The notes beneath the pieces were generated by a model that saw only the letters and a list, made by a program, of their open reading frames with translations, had not been told where the DNA came from and searched no databases. Of a stretch of 64,000 bases of DNA, positions 14,791-29,379 are shown in pieces (the stretch's first letter is position 1; the number at the start of each line of letters is the position of its first letter). The stretch comes from Eledone cirrhosa (taxonomy: Eukaryota). The stretch lies in NCBI GenBank assembly GCA_964016885.1, contig OZ024740.1, positions 382,478,001 through 382,542,000 on the forward strand. Direction: 5' to 3'. The position numbers and the translations under genes were made by a program.

Positions 14791-14830
<40 letters not shown>

Positions 14831-15277
14831 CAAATTTTAGTACAGCATTAACGAAGCTTTACTTTGCGTCCAAGCTAACGAATGCAAATTCGGTCTGTAG
14901 CTTTACCACTGGGATGGGGAAAACTACCCCAGAATAATAACAATACGTTTAGACAGCTTAGCAAATCAAATATAGCGATTGGCCATTCAGCCGCATCACC
15001 AGAGCAACAAAAGTACACAACTCAGGAAAAGATTATATATATATATATAAGGGAACAAAGGATCAGCGTTGCATCATATACATATTTAATTACATATTGC
15101 ATATGTTTTCTGTTGATGAGCTCGAGGAACGATCGTTTAATGATCGATACCTATATATATGTCTCCGTACAAGTCGACCCCTGGTTTTGGAGCGATATTT
15201 TTAGGCTCCAAATATCAACTTGTACGCGGGCATATACGGTATATATACATATCTATATTTATTTACAGATATAGATA

Positions 15278-15960
15278 CGAAGGTGGGCTGAAATCTTGAT
15301 AGTTTGGCATTGATTGATTCCAGGTAAACTGATATGTGACTGTTCATAGAAGACTTCAAATGTAAGTAGTAGCGATTTATTGAAAATTGACAAAATTTGG
15401 CATCGTTGTGTTATCAAGTACCTGTAGAAAATAGGTTTAGCCCCCAAGGATATTCATGCTTACTTAGTTGCTACATTAGGGGATGACGCAACAGATTTAT
15501 CAAGAGTGCAAAAGTACGCAGCTGAATTTAGGAGGGGAAGGTCGATTCTGGAAGATGAACCTAGGTCTGGACGTCCTGTAACTGCCACCACCGAGGAAAA
15601 CATTGATCATTTTCACCACATGATGTCGCATGACAGGCGATTGACTATAAACCAAATAGCCAATGCTATTATCATATCCCTTGAGAGAGTTGGCAATAAT
15701 CTGAACAATGAACACCTGACATATATTTAGGCACATACAGCTGGTTTCCTTCAATATTACATGACACAGAATGCGCGCAGGTTTCGTAACTTTCAGTCAG
15801 AGATAAAGAGACAATACATTCAATGGAAACACCCCTCTTTCCCTGCTTTAAAGGCCAAATTCGTTTCGTCTGTTGCATAGGTGATTGTCTCACATTTATT
15901 TGGATGTAATAGGCATTGCGTTTTAGGACTATCCCCCAAAGAGCCACACCATCAATCGTG
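15278..15960 (+). mobile_element. Mariner transposon relic (transposase N-terminal HTH), decayed
   Basis: TA-CGAAGGTGGGCTGAAA TIR-like start. Peptide VQKYAAEFRRGRSILEDEPRSGRPVTATTEENID...DRRLTINQIA is a typical mariner DNA-binding region. The right end is approximate. Confidence 0.85.
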
Positions 15961-16452
15961 CGTATAAGCCCCTTGAACGAAAAAACGATGGGCATCAGCC
16001 CACATGGGTTTCGAATCCACACTTCTTAATCGCCAGCAAACACAAGTGTGTTACTATTATGCTATTTTATTTAGTTTAAAGTTAGGGCGAAATCTTCTAA
16101 TTTAATATATATATATATATATATTTCTTTCTCCTTTTTCTCTTGGTTTCATTCATGACTCTCGTGCTATAAGCAGCACCACACTTTTTCTCTGACGTCA
16201 CATATAATTCTATGCGTACTTGCTGTAGCTTTATTGCTATTAATTAATGCTTTCTCTATCAGCATTTACTACACTGGAAAGCGTTTGGCTTTAGGCAGAC
16301 GCTCTGACCCAGTGTAGGACAGTAGTAACATTGGTAGTGGTCGAGACCTTCCTTTGTATTTTTATTTTCTTTGAAATCATTTTTAAAGGTTTTCTTCTTA
16401 AACAACTGTTTTTCGTTCGTTGTCTTATTATTTTTCTGAAGTTTATACACAT

Positions 16453-16484
<32 letters not shown>

Positions 16485-16523
16485 ACGCACACGCGCACGC
16501 ACACACACACACGCGCGCGCACA

Positions 16524-16564
<41 letters not shown>

Positions 16565-16568
<4 letters not shown>

Positions 16569-17220
16569 TTATAAACTCAAACAGTCTTTTACAATAAATT
16601 AGCTCAAAAAAAGAAGTATTTCTGAGCCGTGAGTTGATATAAATTAATATATATGATAAACACTAATACAATCATATAAGTGTTTGTATTGTAAATAACC
16701 AAGTTAGCTAGATTGAAAAATATTAATTAGATTAATACAGTTTGCCTGTCTCGATTTAAAATAATAAATCAATATATAGTATAAATATATAGTATAACGG
16801 CTCCTTTTGTTGAGCTAAATTTTAGTCCTGTTATTTCTAGCAGCACGAGTATGGGGTAGAAACCATGTGCGTCGATCAGTCCTCCTAATTATTTTGAGGT
16901 TAAACATACCAATTGTTCTGGGTACTTGCTGATGAGAACAGAAGATGGAACTTTTCACTTTTTCAATTATCGAAACTTATTTGGGTTTTGAAGTTTAAAC
17001 TTATCTACAGAACAGGTTTGGATTTTGAAATTTAAATTTGTCCAAGTACCACGGCTATTGCCAATATGGGTTGTTTTTATTGATTTATTATTTTAAATCG
17101 AGACAGGCAAAGTGTATTAATCTAATTAGTATTTTTCAATCTAGCTAACTTGGTCATTTACAATACAAACACTTATATGATTGTATTAGTGTTTATCATA
17201 TATATTAATTTATATTAACT
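16565..17220 (+). mobile_element. HHR-bearing element with ~140-bp inverted repeats, in (TA)n
   Basis: IR 16632-16774 / 17078-17220 with an internal HHR at 16921-17050. Flanked by (TA)n on both sides. Confidence 0.8.
16921..17050 (+). ncRNA. Type I hammerhead motif with long G.U-rich stem III and GUC cleavage triplet
   Basis: Stem I GGTACTTG/CAAGTACC; CTGATGA 16929-16935; GAAA 16972-16975; stem III 16976-17002 / 17014-17040; GTC 17040-17042. The base of stem II is imperfect. Confidence 0.75.
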
Positions 17221-17221
17221 T

Positions 17222-17257
<36 letters not shown>

Positions 17258-17276
17258 GTATATATGTATATATATT

Positions 17277-17345
<69 letters not shown>

Positions 17346-17406
17346 TTATATATATATATATATATGTATATATATTTATATATATATATATATATGTATA
17401 TATATT

Positions 17407-17489
<83 letters not shown>

Positions 17490-17524
17490 TTATATATATA
17501 TATGTATATATATTTATATATATT

Positions 17525-17557
<33 letters not shown>

Positions 17558-17564
17558 TTATATA

Positions 17565-17622
<58 letters not shown>
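17221..17622. repeat. (TA)n microsatellite with higher-order TG/TT variants
   Basis: Seen directly. Confidence 0.95.
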
Positions 17623-17625
<3 letters not shown>

Positions 17626-17869
17626 CAAAATGTTGTTTGTAAAACCCGTTTACTTTCTTTAACTGCAATTTAATCGACACACCATGTTCAGCTCACCGTT
17701 ATCACAATTATTGTTACATATATCTCACATTAAGCCTCAACAAGGGTTCTTCTAACATAGACACAAAAAACAAACTATCGATCACTCGTATTCATTTATA
17801 GTACACATGCATTAGCTTAATATAATCTCATGAACTTGTTCCCCATGCATGCTCGCACAACCAAAAACA

Positions 17870-17980
<111 letters not shown>

Positions 17981-19318
17981 ATATATACATATGTATATAT
18001 TTATATATATTGGTAAAAGGAAAAGGAAATGCTTACAAATTGTTCCCGGTGAAAAATAGTTTAATTAGGAATAAGTAAAAATTAGTAATAATATTGGTTA
18101 GTATTGAGTTTTGGTTTTAAGTTTTTACCAGTTGCGAATTTCTAATGCTGTTCAAAAATAATTTTGAGATAGAGCCCCCGTGATGTTTGCTCTAATCTGA
18201 TTAGTTTTGGAAATTCTACCTTTTTTATGTGAAAAAAGTGGCTCCAGATGTATTAAAATAAGTTTCGCGCCAATTCGTGTTGCAAAAATTTTTGTGGGCA
18301 AAACAATTTTGATTGGTCGGTAGAGGTCATGTGAATGTTAAAAATTGGTTTTGGGCCAAATGTAGGTTTGTCTCGGCTGATTGAGAAGTCACTGAAAAAT
18401 AAGTCTTTCAAGACAAATATGTGTGTGTGTGTGTGTGTGTGTATGTGTGTAGTAGTAAAGACGTTCATTGTTGTGATAATGGTCAGTACGGATGTGTGTG
18501 TGAATTGCAGTTTGTTGACAGGTCAACAGTTCAGATGCCTATTAAGACAAGTGTGTGTGTGTGTATCAGAGTAATTCGTGGTAGAGGGATCGGTCAGTAG
18601 GAATGTGTCTGCACGTGTGTGTGGGATATTTTAACATGTTAAAAGATATTTTTCAGCTCTTGTCCTATACGGAGAAGTATGTGTGTGTGTATGTCTCTTT
18701 GTATGTTAGTGTACGCGTGTGTATGTGTGTGTGTATATATGTGTGTGTGTGTGTATGTGTGTATGTGTATGTGTGTGTGTGGGTGGACCAGTATTTTTGT
18801 GATACTAGTAAAAATGGTGTACATTATTCGATATTTTCAGTAAAAACGATTCTCTCAATAGAACATCAAAAACCTTAATAATAAAAGGTGTGAAATGATA
18901 TATAGTATTGTCATAACACCAGGGTGTGTGTGAGTGTCCAGATTGTACGTATTGCAAGGGGAATCCATTAGGCCTTGCCGTATTGGAATACTTGTGTACA
19001 AATATGTATGTGCCCATCAGTGTGCAATGCATGTGTGCGTATATGTATGTGTGTGTGTCGGCACGTTTATATCTATAGACATCAAAAGGTATGCAAATTT
19101 GTGTATATTTGTGTTGCACCATAGAACATGTGTGTTTACGTATGTCATTGTGTTTATATGTGGATAGAGATGTATGTAGGATGTATGCTGATGTAGGTAT
19201 GTATGTTGACGTGTGTATGTTGTGGGTTCGTCTTAGGGAGAAGTGTTTAGAGGGGGTCCGTATTTGTTAATAAACTGAGATTCCTTGCTGATGCGCTGGG
19301 TGTGGGTGGCATTATCTT

Positions 19319-19923
<605 letters not shown>

Positions 19924-20939
19924 TGTTTCTATAGTAACCACATTAGCTAACGTAGACAAACTCTGCTACTTAAAAGCACCGACAATAATTAAAACACATA
20001 TATAAAGGCACACAAGCGTATAGATGCTAAGACAGGAATGCTCGGATATGAAGGATGTAAATGTGCATTGGCACATGCAAATATGTCTCTCCTTATATCC
20101 ACTTACATTTACATACGTGTCTCTATAAACTTTCACTTTGATATGCCCACAAAAGACACACTTCTGAAACAATAAACAGAAAATATCTAAATAACGTCTT
20201 TGAAATATCTGATGTTAAAACAAACATTTCAGTTTTAAAAGTGAATACAACTGACTAATAATGTACTGATGCTCATAAATAATATCAAATAATTATATTG
20301 ATAATTTCAGCTCAGTGTTAGGCTTTAAAGACTTGAAATAAAACATCAGATGCTTGTTCAAATACAGAAATGGAATGAAGGACACAGAAAAATAAAACAC
20401 GACAAAAAAAAAATGACCTCGCATATATTCAAATTAATACCTACGTACATATACATCCATACATGTATACATGCATACATTCATACATAAATACACACAT
20501 GCATACAAACATAAATACATACACACAGGCATACATATATATGTAAAATGTATATATTTCAATAACATTCCCTAATATATATGACAGCTTCAATATTCAT
20601 GTGAGAACTAATGCAAATGTATATCTTCTTTCTTATAGTTTCTGTTTATAGAATAACAGCGTATCTCCTTTAACAAAAGGATACACATGTAACATGTGCA
20701 TTTAATACATTGCGATACGTCATATACATTTCTAATAATAGAAATATCTATGAAGAAAGAATGAAAAAAATATTATTTTGAATATCCCAACATTAATTTT
20801 AAAAATAAAAAATCACTTGGAGTAAAATTTAAATCATTATATTAATGCTTGTGGCTGTCCATGCGTGGGAGAGTGGATATGACACTTCAGACGTGCCACA
20901 CTATAGAATGATGAATGTCTACTAATTATATATATACAC

Positions 20940-21031
<92 letters not shown>

Positions 21032-21092
21032 GTATATACATATATATATATTCATACATATATACATATGTATATAAATATATATATATATA

Positions 21093-21514
21093 CGTTTGTT
21101 TAATGGTAACTATGGTGCTTCCATAGGCCGTATGCCAAAATTAGCACTCAATATTCTTACAGAGCAGAGTGTGAATAGTATTAAAAAACGAAAAATCAGT
21201 GATGCATCTGGACTCAGTTTATTGCGTGTTACAATTATTTCGCCGGCAGGTAGCTCGAGACATGATCACTGTATGGAACTGGCTGATTCTACAGCTGCAG
21301 GTTCCTTCAGACACATGCAATTCTTTCGGAGCAAATTTTCTCTGAGTGACAACATTTGCTCCGAAAGAATTGCATGTGTCTGAAGGAACCTGCAGCCGTA
21401 GAATCAGCCAGATCCATACAGTGATCATGTCTCGATCTACCTGCCGGCGAAACAATTGTAACTCGCAATAAACTGAGTCCAGATGCATCACTGATTTTTC
21501 GTTTTTTATACTAT
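21093..21514 (-). mobile_element. Palindromic PLE-type element, family D, with a hammerhead-like motif on each arm, in (TA)n
   Basis: Arms 21175-21336 / 21354-21514; one-sided tail 21093-21174 with GAGTGCT on the minus strand. GTGT CTGAAGG...GAAA YAATTG TA ACWCGC AATAAA. Confidence 0.85.
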
Positions 21515-21661
21515 ATATATATATATATATATATAGTTAGGGAAGCAGAAAAGTGCTTATTGTGATCCAGTTCGTGGTTAAGAAAGCCAGTTTCATGGAC
21601 GGTTTCAACGTACGGTTAGGGTAACTCCACAAGTTTGTAAGAATTCCGTTCAATCTTATAT

Positions 21662-21913
21662 GTAACTACCCTTGCAAACAAGACCTGGCAACTGAGGGAA
21701 ATTAAACATCAATACACCCTGAAGTGGAAAACATTATCGAACGCGCCCCCATATCGGAGTGGTATGAGAAGTTGTCTATTATGTGACCTTGAGCTGTTCA
21801 ACATTTTGAGTTCGGAGAATAAGTTACTCAACAATAAAATCGAAAGATCAATTCATTGTAACCATGGACTAAAAGAAAAGTTTTCGCACTACAAGTGCAA
21901 ATCGAACCCTTAA
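21662..21913 (+). pseudogene. Penelope-like element GIY-YIG endonuclease C-terminal fragment
   Basis: Hand translation (absent from the ORF track): [74 protein letters not shown]. This fits the PLE EN pattern T.L...W.L...W.....PY....CxLC..E...I....LN...E....CxH. Confidence 0.8.
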
Positions 21914-22185
21914 CCTCCTACTACGACCTGACAAACTGCATATACTTAGACTTTCTATCCTCTTATTGTATCTAACCCCTTTAATTACTCACAAAAACCA
22001 ATACGTATATCCCTCCCTTCTCCTTCATTCCTTTTCTATTTCTTTTCGTTTTCTTCCTTTCTTCTCTCCCCTTTTTGGCTATCTTTTCTTTTCTTCTTTC
22101 TCCCCCCTTCTTTATTTTTATTTTTATTTTTTATATATATATTTCTCTCTCTATATCTCCGCCCTCTCTCTCTCTCCATCCCTCC

Positions 22186-22636
<451 letters not shown>

Positions 22637-22646
22637 TATGTGTGTA

Positions 22647-22684
<38 letters not shown>

Positions 22685-22704
22685 TATATATATATATGTG
22701 TGTG

Positions 22705-22821
<117 letters not shown>

Positions 22822-22828
22822 ATATATG

Positions 22829-22859
<31 letters not shown>

Positions 22860-22907
22860 GTATGTATATATATATATGTATATAAACATATATATATATA
22901 TATATAT

Positions 22908-23119
22908 TAATAATAATAAATTTGAAGACTAAAATCCAAAGAGGGCTCGATAAGGATAAATATATATCAAATATATAAGAACCGTAGAGCAAATATTTAT
23001 TAAAATAACAGATTAAAGTTAAAGCAAAGAATCGCTGCTTTCACCCCTAACGGGATCTTCTGAAACTAAAAAAAATCAATCTACAGCGATTATTTGCTTA
23101 AACTTACTTTAATCTGTTA

Positions 23120-23126
<7 letters not shown>
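22908..23126 (-). mobile_element. Short fold-back element with a degenerate HHR, in (TA)n
   Basis: IR about 22999-23037 / 23084-23126; minus strand CAGAAGA tcccgttaggggt GAAA. Confidence 0.55.
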
Positions 23127-23171
<45 letters not shown>

Positions 23172-26100
23172 TAATAGCAGATCAAAGTAGTCTAAACACT
23201 TCACCAATTATGCGCTTTTCAAAATTAGAATTCGTTAATATTATTGACCTTATTTAGGTGATCAATTGGATATAATCACATTATTTTTCAAATTGTTTTC
23301 CGACATCCTCAATTGGCATAGCTTTTCCTATCATTGGCTTCGATAGAATAAATATAGTAAGGGAGGTAAATTTATTCGTAAAAGTATGTGTTGTTGGCGA
23401 TAAATAAATAATGTGTAGCAGTAATTTCTGTTTGCATCCAGGTTCTGGCCATGGGGAATAAACATCAATAGTTTTGATGGAAGAACATTTAGACTGCTCT
23501 GGGTTGGTAAACTATACTACATTTTACCATTTAGTTTAACTTTTACTGTTCAATTGACATCTAATTTCATCTGGCCGGGGAGAATATGATGTGTTGCCAA
23601 TATTATATATTCTATACAAGTGATATGAATTCTATATGCTATATTTCAGTTTTTGGCTTTAACGCTTATCAAATTATTTACACATAGATAAGAAAATCAA
23701 ATATACTTTTGCATTTATATGAGATAAATTCAATGCAAACATATGTAGTGTATTACGCCAAACTTTTATAATTAAAATTAGTGTTGCAGTGATGAGAGGG
23801 AAACATAAGGAAAATGGTAAATATTTTTCAAACATTTTCAAATGAAAAGCCGGATAATTCCTATATATACATTGATATGAATTTGGATTACATGTGCAGG
23901 GAACAGATGAAAATAACTCAAAGCGTTGTGGTAACTCTAGGCCTACATCGGTTGCACCAACGAGCCAAATGATTTACAGTGCTTCCCATGTATATTGGTA
24001 CAGGATAATGATAAAATATATAGAAGAAAATACAGTACTTGTCTTGACATGCTGATATATAGACTGTGGAAAATTACCTAGAAATGTGATCTGCATGGGC
24101 CAAATTTATCGTTTCAAACTATATAAAATTACTACCCCGAACTAATGTCTTCTTAACCTTACTGAATACGTAATTCAAAGTTTCTTTAACAGTTTTGTGT
24201 TGTCACCCGTTTCTTTTGATCATGTTTGATTTACAGCAGTAATTGAGCCACTGGTTTAAGGTCTCTTTTGCAAGGTTAATCTTATTTATTGGTGGATTTT
24301 CTGCTCAGGACTTTATGTAGGTTAGAACCTACACATATTTAAGAAGCTGAAATTTCTTTTGAATATATCTAAATATAAAATGTTGTCTTGTGTTAAGTTT
24401 TTGCTTCAAATTAATTTATTGATCCAAGTGTTGTGCCGGTTGAGCAGGTTATAAATTATACATAAGGTCGTGGTTACATTACGTGACACTGGCTTTTTAA
24501 ATATTTTTATTCAATATCACACATTCCATTTCACACTAGCTCCTTTAAATATTGTTGGATAATCGTAGAAAAGGCACAGAAATAAATATATTTTGATAAA
24601 TAAATAGCTAGTTTGTAAGATTTATATACATACACATATATAGAATAAGGTCGGTAGTTAAGCATATAGGTAAATGGATGGGGAGTTTCTAGATAGTTAT
24701 ATATGGAAGCATGTATGTATGTACGTATGTGTGTATGTAGTTAGGTAGTTAGGTAGATAGGTGAGTAGGTAGATAGGCAGGTAAGTAGGGAGTTGTGGAG
24801 AGACGGATGGGACGGAATATTATTGGTTGAGTCTAGGTTGTTTGTAGAGGAAATGATGTATGATTGTTCGACATAGAAATGTCAATGTTGTATGATTTCC
24901 TGATGTGAAGTATTATATTTCATACATTAATATACATTAGATTAGACATCGAGATTGTGAAACTTTTAAACATATCTTCATGGCTCCATGAAAAGTATTC
25001 TTACAATATAATTGTCATTTTCTCTTGTCTGCATTTCCCAATTTTGATTGTCTGGAGTTTTGAAATGGGGAGGAAAAGACCTAATTAATTTGTCCTGACC
25101 CGAAACACTAACATATACGCACACACGCATATATATTGTACAAAGCTTATAACGAAACGATCGTATGGAAGGAAAGAGATTCATTTAATTATGTCTCATA
25201 TAAAATAATACAACCAGCTATCCACGGAATACTGTATAGTTAGCACCCCAAAACTAAATTGGGATTATACTTAGGTATGTCATAATGTTTGTTGAGTGAG
25301 ATGGAGTTGGTCAGAGTATCGCTTAAAGCTTCCTCTGTTAATGTATTAAATATATATATAAATATATATATTTCTGTATAATTTTTTTCGTCAGTAAATT
25401 ATTTGCGAGTTTGATATTTAATTTCTAAAAGTAGACACTATGTACAATCTGTTCAAGAGATCAATATCCGGTTGTTAACTATATCCACAATATAACGAAT
25501 TCGGTGGAATACAGTAGTTAATCTTTCAATTTGGCTTGAAAGCTGACATTGTTTGCATAAGAAAGATACATTCCCGAAATGAGAACTGACGCTCCTAACT
25601 TTCTCCGGAACCGAAGATAGTCACATTTCGTTATAATTTATCATGAATCATTTTTGTTAGTGTGCAAACAAACATTCCACTGTAGTTCTTCGAAAATACT
25701 CAGTAATAATATTTGAAATTATTTTAGCTAAAGCATTGATTCAGAGGAAGGTCATATATGCTATTTTCAATACGTTCACATTGCTTTATAGAATACTACG
25801 TTTACCGATTTCTTTACATATCCTATCTTATTTCTTTTCATCCTAAAGATATTATTGACATTTTCCGTTAAAATACGATGGTTAATATTACTACCCAATA
25901 TGCAAGAATTTTTTCCTTCTAAAGCTTGAGAATTTTAACGCAAACTTAATATTAAGAGAGAATCTAAGTCGCATTAAGGGATGGGGAATATGTTGCGTCA
26001 GCTGCTAACTGTAATATGTTAAGCGTAATATTGCAATCTTTATTTAACATACAATTATTAGATAAAAGTATGTAGACACAAGAGTACAGAGCGCCTAAGC

Positions 26101-26254
26101 AGAATTATGTTGCTAAGAATTACATTCCTATTTCCATGTACACTATACCATTGCAAAACAGAAACAAAAACCCAAATACATCTAATGATCTGTTGACATT
26201 TATTATATACGTTATTTTACGTCAAAATGGAAATTAGAATATATATATATATAT

Positions 26255-26355
<101 letters not shown>

Positions 26356-26739
26356 ATAAGAATTGTATTTCTCGCCCTAGCACTGCTGATATATAAATGT
26401 AATATCGAACATTAAGAATGATGTTCGATACCATTGTAAACAAACGGCCCGATTTGAAGCTGTGCCGCGCCGGTGACCGATCGTCACCTGTTTGATCAAC
26501 ACTGGCTTTGAGGAACAATCAACATGTTTCTGGGTCATTACCCTTCATCAACATTTGTATATCTCTGCCAGTCTGTTGAACGGTAGAAACTATACAGTAT
26601 TTTCTTAAGTACACATCGACTGAGTAGACTTATTTCATACGGCGCGAGTTACGGCAGGCCTTGCCGAATATTGAAAATAAAATTAGAATTTCTTTTCTCG
26701 CCCTATCACAGCTGATACCTAAATGTAAATATGGAACAT
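26356..26739 (-). mobile_element. Element with ~56-bp terminal direct repeats and a degenerate minimal HHR
   Basis: Repeats 26356-26412 / 26684-26739. Minus strand TTGATGA AGGGT-AATG-ACCCA GAAA CATG TT at about 26521-26551. Confidence 0.55.
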
Positions 26740-26752
26740 GTGCACACATATA

Positions 26753-26791
<39 letters not shown>

Positions 26792-26833
26792 CATATATAC
26801 ATACACACACATATATGTATATATGTGTGTATG

Positions 26834-26866
<33 letters not shown>

Positions 26867-28672
26867 GTATATATGTGTGTGTATACAAATGTACGTATGG
26901 GTTATATATATAACCCACACCCTCATATGCACACAAACAGAGACGCACACACAGAAATGGACACATGTGCACACACTACTCAATACATAATGAGAAATAA
27001 TGGAGAACTGGAGCAAAATCGAATCGAGGATGGGAGGAATTAATCCCAAAATGTCATTGAGAAAGCCATAGACTGTTTGAAGGTTTCACATTTCAATTGC
27101 TATCTGTTCACTTATCAAAACGATGGATGGATACGATATATGAGTAATATTAAAAACTGAATCACAATCCAACTGATGTGTATATATTTATTATTAGCAT
27201 TACCCTCCAAAATTATGATATCTGTTTCAACACACGATTTAAAATATGTTACTTCATTCAACATTGTTCTGGTTACGGTAGCCATAATAGTTAACTTGAA
27301 CATATTCAGAGGTTTAAAAGAAATATGTACATATATATCTTGAAATATTTGCCGATTTATTTACCATAAAGTCAAATAAAAATCATTAATTATTTCTTTC
27401 AGTTTCCTGAAACATCTTGAATCTTAAGTCCTGTATTGTTATTAGTAGATTATTTTATGCTGAATCATTCCGTTTTATTGTTAAACTTCTTAACCCTGAT
27501 TATATTCAATCCTCCAGTTAATAGATTCTCTCTATAAGTGACACTGATTTGAATATTAGAGTGATCTAATGTACATATTTCCAGCAATAAAGCTATCCGA
27601 TATATAATTGTTTCTCTTTTCCTCTATACTCACAACTTCATTAACATATTTGAAATGTATTTAACATATGTTGCCGACATTTACTTATAGACTATTTTGG
27701 TTTGTAAATTTCGTTGATGTTTGTATACAGTATCAAATTGATTTGAATATTATTTTGGCAGCATTAATATCAACGAAGGAATCGCCTTGAGGCATTTTAA
27801 CAAATGCTACTATTAAAACTATCTATTATAGCTCGGGAAAATGTTGTCCGAGGAAAGATTCGATTTTCTTTTATTTCCAATATTTGAAATGTAGTCGCAA
27901 TTCTTTAAGGGAAAACAATAATTATATCTTATTGAAGTTAATAGATTATTAAACAAATGCGAAACACTATGCCTAATAAAATGACCTCGTAAAAATAACA
28001 GACACATTTTTAGAAAATCTTAAAAGAAGGCCACATTCAATAATGTAATTCTAAATACATTAGAAATGAAAAACGAGTAAAGGAAAAAAATCATCGTGAC
28101 TGATATGCATTTAAATATATAATTGCATGATCAGTGTTTACTTGGTAGAAACATCATTCAAAGATGTTAATCTACGTTTTTATCACCATGAAAAACAATA
28201 TGTTTATGATATTGGTGATAGACATGTACAAATGTTTTGGTTTAAGGCAATGCAATTGTAAGTCCAATTAAGATCAAATATGGAAGACCTGTAATAAGAC
28301 GCATACCATTTATTACTTTCTGATCTTATTTTGATAATATAAAATAAAATGTGCGTTTCCTTTTATAATACGACATAATATGATCTTAGTGAGAAATTTA
28401 GACAGCAATTTCTAGTAGTGCATTTACAATTGAATCTAAATATGTTTATCGTAAATGCAAAACAATTTAAGCTAAGTATCGAAACGGGGTGAGTAATTAA
28501 AGGTCTAACTAGAATCCGAAATGTTACCCATTTAGATCCCATGAAAAATAATTGAAAGTTAGAAAGTCATCGTGCTTTCCCTCGCGCCCGACGTATTCTT
28601 TTTCCTAAATATACTGTTGGTCACCTTAGCTTCAGAATTATATATATATATATATATAAATATATACATATA

Positions 28673-28840
28673 CAGACAATTCCATTATAACGAAATACTC
28701 CGAGTATAAACAATTCGTTGTAACGAAAAACTCTTTATAACGAGATCGCCCGAAACAAATGGAGCGTTTATCTGTTATTACCTAGGTGATTGAAAAAACC
28801 TTTCGTTATACTGAAAAAAAATCATTATAATGGTATTCGA
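28673..28840. mobile_element. Possible pogo/Tigger-type MITE relic
   Basis: TA-CAG start and repeated TATAACGA / TTCGTTATA subterminal motifs in both orientations. Confidence 0.4.
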
Positions 28841-28844
28841 TAGA

Positions 28845-29350
28845 TGGCATGACAGGCCTTGACTATTGGAGTCGATTAGAAAAGCTCAACCTTTATTCTC
28901 TCCAACGTCGCCGTGAGCGCTACATTATCTACATTATCTGCATGATATGGAACATATTCCATCATCATTGCCCACATGGTATTGGCATCACTTTAAATTA
29001 CACCCAAGGTTTGGGCCCCATGCTAGCAAAAAAGAAAATCACATTCGCATCTCATAACAACAATACGGCACAATTATTTAATCTCAATTGGCCCCGCTCT
29101 CTTTAACATTACACCAAAATACATTAAAACGGAAACAGATGTTATAAAGTTCAAGAAGTCTTTGGAAAAATTCTTTCAATCCCGGATAAACCTTCTATAC
29201 CAGGATATTCCTCCGTAAACAATAACTCTGTACTTGAGTGGGCCATGGTGCCCAAATCCTGATTTGAAAGACTTCCTCGGGTGGTGCTATTAAGTCAGAC
29301 ATGGCCTGGACCAATATTGGCCGAAACCTATCAAAGTTATAAAAGTTATG
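28845..29350 (+). mobile_element. 3' end of a CR1-group LINE
   Basis: LDYWSRLEKLNLYSLQRRRERY, then frameshifted GPxLFN...FKKSLEKF...PDKP..PGY motifs, and a short tandem-repeat tail (aaagttat). Confidence 0.75.
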
Positions 29351-29379
29351 TTATATATATATAGATATATATATATATA

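Larger units (their letters stand above)
14258..14792 (+). mobile_element. Palindromic PLE-type element, family B, with a hammerhead on each arm, in (TA)n
   Basis: Near-perfect spacer-less palindrome 14258-14695 centred at 14478/14479 (gtcatatgac), plus an unpaired tail 14696-14792. Confidence 0.88.

Noticed and set aside
23165-23600. Possible very decayed PLE endonuclease on the minus strand (CQLNSK..TK..NVV; CQL..SE)
   Set aside because: Too many stops and frameshifts to support by eye; needs tBLASTn.
24740-24790. CAG|GTAAGT at about 24780
   Set aside because: It lies in a (GGTA)-like repeat with no pyrimidine tract, so it is not a credible ratchet point.
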